NCBI GenBank assembly: GCA_965153355.1
Contig: OZ231126.1
Location: 1 to 64,000 of the forward strand
Source: Flaccisagitta enflata
Lineage: Eukaryota
Direction of reading: 5' to 3'
Length of the DNA: 64,000 nt
In this document: positions 57,070 to 64,000 of the stretch, in pieces
Layout: every line of letters starts with the position of its first letter
How positions within the stretch are numbered: position 1 is the first letter of the stretch
Translations under genes and position numbers: made by a program
The notes under the pieces: model-generated
Seen by the model: only the letters and a program-made list of their open reading frames with translations
Told to the model about the DNA's origin: nothing
Databases searched by the model: none

Positions 57070-58670
57070 CTTTTCAAAACAGAATGACCCAGCTTCATAT
57101 ACGCCCCAAGTCGTTTTGCTATTGTCAATGTACCTGGATTCTAAACTGGAAGAAAAACAGATAAATGGTATCTTCTTTATGGGAAACCTGACTACGCCGC
57201 AAATTCAGAGTGATTTCGAACAAATCGACGTTTTACTTTCTTCAAAGTGTCTTGTCATTCATTCATTCATTCATTCATTCATTCATTCATTCATTCATTC
57301 ATTCATTCATTCATTCATTTATTTATTCATTCATTCATTCATTTATTCATTCATTCATTTATTCATTTACTCATTTATTCACTCATTCATTCACTCATTT
57401 TTTCATTTATTCATTAATTCATTCATTCATTCATTCATTCATTCATTCATTCATTCACTCATTCACTCATTTATTCATTCATTCATTTTTCCGTTCATTC
57501 ATTTTTTCATTCATTCACTCAGTTATTCATTCATTCATTCATTCATTCATTCATTCATTCATTCATTCATTCATTCATTCATTCATTCATTCACTTTTCA
57601 TTCATTAATTCCTGCTAAAGCGTCGGGGATCTACTGCTAAGTGCTACGGGGTATCTAATGTTTTAAGATCTTCAACAACAGACCAACCGACCGATCCACA
57701 ATAAACAATAGATTTAAAAGAGTCCGTTTCACGGTAATAAAAGAGGTCAAAATGTCAATAATCTAATTTGTATTCACGGATGATAAAAACCATAAATTCG
57801 TTATTTTTACTTCAAAATTCTTATCTTATCAGAAGTCTGAAAAAAACTGTGGTACATATTTCTTTTTCGCCCTTCTTTTTCTTCTCTCTTGATCATATTG
57901 TTGATCTTCTTCTTGTTCTTCTTGTTCTTCTTTTTCTTGTTATTCTTCTTGTTCTTCTTGTTTTTCTTGTTCTTCTTGTTCTTCTTCTACACCTTCTTCC
58001 TCTTCTAGTTTATTTCTTCTTTTTCTTGTCTGCCTTCTTTTTCTTCTTTTTCATCTTTTTCTTCTTTTTCTTCTCTTTCTTCTTCTTCTTCTTTTTCTTC
58101 TCTTCCTTGTTTTTCTTCTTCACCTTTTTAAATCTGCTTTTCTCCTTTGATAATTTTAGAGATTTGTAATCTCTTTTGTATGGTACCTTTATTACTTTTT
58201 TCTCATTATTTTCTTCTTCTTCTTCTTCTTCTTCTTCTTCTTCTTCTTCTTCTTCTTCTTCTTCTTCTTCTTCTTCTTTCTTCTTCTTCTGCTTCTTCTT
58301 CTGCTTCTTCTTCTGCTTTTTCTTCTGCTTCTTCTTCTTCTTCTTCTTCTTCTTCTTCTTCTTCTTCTTCTTCTTCTTCTTCTTCTTCTTCTTCTTTCTC
58401 CTCTTCTTCTTCATCTTCTTTTACATCTTCCTTTTCTTCTTCATTTTCTTCTTTCATCTTCTTCTTTCATCTTCTTTTTCTTCTTCTTCTTTTTTTTTAT
58501 CTTCCCCCCAGTAAGATTATTTCCGTCTTTAACTTGTCAGATGGCGTTACCCTGAAGCTTTCTTTTTTTCAGGTTTGAAGCTTTCTTTTTTTCTAAATCG
58601 ATATTTTCATCTTTTCTGTTTCTGAAATATCACTTGAAGGATACTCCTGTTGCTCCAAAAGGAAAAGAAA

Positions 58671-58727
<57 letters not shown>

Positions 58728-58754
58728 AGTCTCTCTTTCCATTCTCTCTCTCTG

Positions 58755-58864
<110 letters not shown>

Positions 58865-59283
58865 AGCATGACCCCACCGGCTTAGTTTGAGAGCTTTAGA
58901 TCGCTGATGATAATCTGTGAAAGAGTATATACACACTCACATTTTTCTATTGTCGAAGTCCACTGACAATAATCATCTGTCTGTCTATTTGTCTCGTTTC
59001 TGTCTAGTGTCCGCTGATCTTGCTATCTTTTTTGTCCCTAACTTCATACTGTCACTTTTCTATTTTTATCACATTTTGGGCCTCAACTTCCACGCTTTCT
59101 TTCCGTGTCTTCATGTCTTCCTGTACCTGTCTCTTTTCATCTTTATTTGTAGCCGACTGTCAGTCTGTGGCTCTCGCTGTTGGTCAGTGTCTGTCTGTCA
59201 CCTGTCTGTCGGTCTATCAAGTAATCTCTTTGTGTCTGTCTTACAGTGTTTTTTCTTTCTCTTTTCCTATCTCTTTACGTCAC

Positions 59284-59336
<53 letters not shown>

Positions 59337-60630
59337 TTCTCTCTTTCTCTCTTTCTCTCTTTCTCTTTCTCTCTCTCTCTCTCACTCATTCGCTCTCTCT
59401 CTCCTTTTCTTTTTGTTGTACCCCGCCCGAGGGTCATTTAGGAACAACAGACCTTCAAACGGAAGTTTTCTTTAATTTAGTCCAAAGAAAAAACCAAATC
59501 CAAATTTTGCGTTTTTCCCGCTGTTTTTTTTATATTCTGGTTCAATTCTGGTAATCTTATTTTACTGAAACAATAAGAAATCCCTCCATAAAGCCATTTA
59601 CATCATCCCTGAAATTGATGTAAAGCCCATAATCAGCATAATTGTCCAATATTTCAACACTACGAACAATTAATGATAAACGTGGTTTTCGGATACGATT
59701 ACCGTAGACGATATATGCTTCAATGTGAATGAACAACCAACTTCATTATCTTTCAAGATAATTTCCTCAATCACTGAAGCACTGACTTCCATTGATATTT
59801 TTCTCAGCAGTATTTCCAACAGACGGTATGTAAGTATTACTCTGAAATTCTTTGTTTTCTTTTTCTTTATTTCAGAGCTGCAGATGCGTCCAAATGAAAT
59901 AAAGGCATAAATGATGAATCATGATCTACGCGAAGAAAATCTACATCCCATCATTAAACAGCTCATCCATAAACATTGATAGACAATGCCAATATTCCTA
60001 GCCGACTGTATGGCATCGACAGTATACTCCTCCATCTCATTATCCTTATTTCCTTCATTTTACTCTTCATTTTCTTCTTCATTTTCCACTTCATTTTCGT
60101 CCTCATTTTCGTCTTCATTTTCGTCCTCATTTTCTTCATTTTTGTGATCATTTTCATCCTCATTTTCGACTTCATTTTCATCCTCATTTTTGTCCTCATC
60201 TTCATCTTCATTTTCGTCCTCTTCTCGTCCTCATTTCCAACTTCACTTTCGTTATCATTTTGGTCTTCATTTTCGTCCTCATTTCTGTCCTCATTTTCGT
60301 CCTCATTACTGTCCTCATTTTCGTCCTCATTTTCATCCTCATTCTTGTCCTCATCTTCGTCTTCATTTTCGTCCTCTTCTCGTCCTCATTTTCAACTTCA
60401 CTTTCGTTACCATTTTGGTCTTCATTTTCGTCCTCATTTCTGTCCTCATTTTCGTCCTCATTACTGTCCTCATTTTCGTCCTCATTTTCGTCCTCATTTT
60501 CGTCTCCATTTTCATTCTCCCGACACCGAATTGTGCCTCATTTTCGTCTTCATCTTCGTCCTCATTTTCGTCCTCATTTCCATCTTCATCATTGTTCTCC
60601 CAACACCGAATTGTGCCTCATTTTTCAATC

Positions 60631-63445
<2,815 letters not shown>

Positions 63446-64000
63446 GTAAACAAGACCATTTATAGCTTGTGTCTCTTATCTTGCATCTAAAGAGGACGCA
63501 TCTATTGGGCCTTGTTAGAATAGCTTACGGTGGCTCGAAAGGCTGACAAGCTAGTGATATACTAAAAGAAATACATAAATGCATATCGATGCATAAATAT
63601 ACATAAATATACTTAAATATACATAGATGCAAAAATGCACCGATTCAAGACGCTCATGTCCTTGTACACATTCTTTTGCATTCTCAGAATCTTCTGTGAT
63701 TCTTATAACGAGACCGTCAGGACGTCATTTAAAAGTATTATTAATGACATGCTCAATAATGAATTTGGCACAGTAACTCACTAAATATCACCCAAAATAT
63801 TATTAATGACGTTTGCTTCCGGGTTAGAATTCCTTTTTTCCCTTTCCTCAAACCCGCCGATTTTTCAAAACAGGCGCTCCTAGTTTTGGATGTATGATTT
63901 TGTTGATATATGCTAGAACAAGGTCGGATGCATGGCTAATTGGCTACCCTAGTCGCGCGCGGGTGGGCAGGGGCAGTGATAGATCAGGTCACTGGGGAAT

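Overview
Repeat-rich, AT-rich metazoan-type (invertebrate-like) nuclear DNA; no prokaryotic operon, RNA gene or CRISPR array is evident. (1) A + strand, 6-exon gene (ATG 16969 to TGA 26898, about 1640 codons by my splice model) encodes a secreted protein: signal peptide, a fibrillin/VWCE/EGFL6-like N-terminal Cys module plus EGF, then four EGF+cbEGF pairs separated by different low-complexity spacers. This copy has a missing splice donor (25236) and an in-frame TGA (26250) directly upstream of an intact EGF. (2) A direct duplicate of about 7220-20417 lies at about 49555-64000 and carries a second intact exon 1 (60631-63445); it may be a paralog or a falsely tandem-assembled haplotype. (3) A decayed multi-exon gene, visible in the ORF track only as fragments, lies on the - strand at about 27.9-43.7 kb (one LRR exon, stops, a frameshift, transposons inside an exon). 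(4) Many non-autonomous mobile elements: at least four Helentron/HINE-like families with co-varying hairpins, TIR MITEs and foldbacks with TA, 2-, 8- and 9-bp target duplications, and a LINE-like 3' end. (5) Abundant micro- and minisatellites explain most listed ORFs. Family names come from recalled consensus patterns, not database searches.
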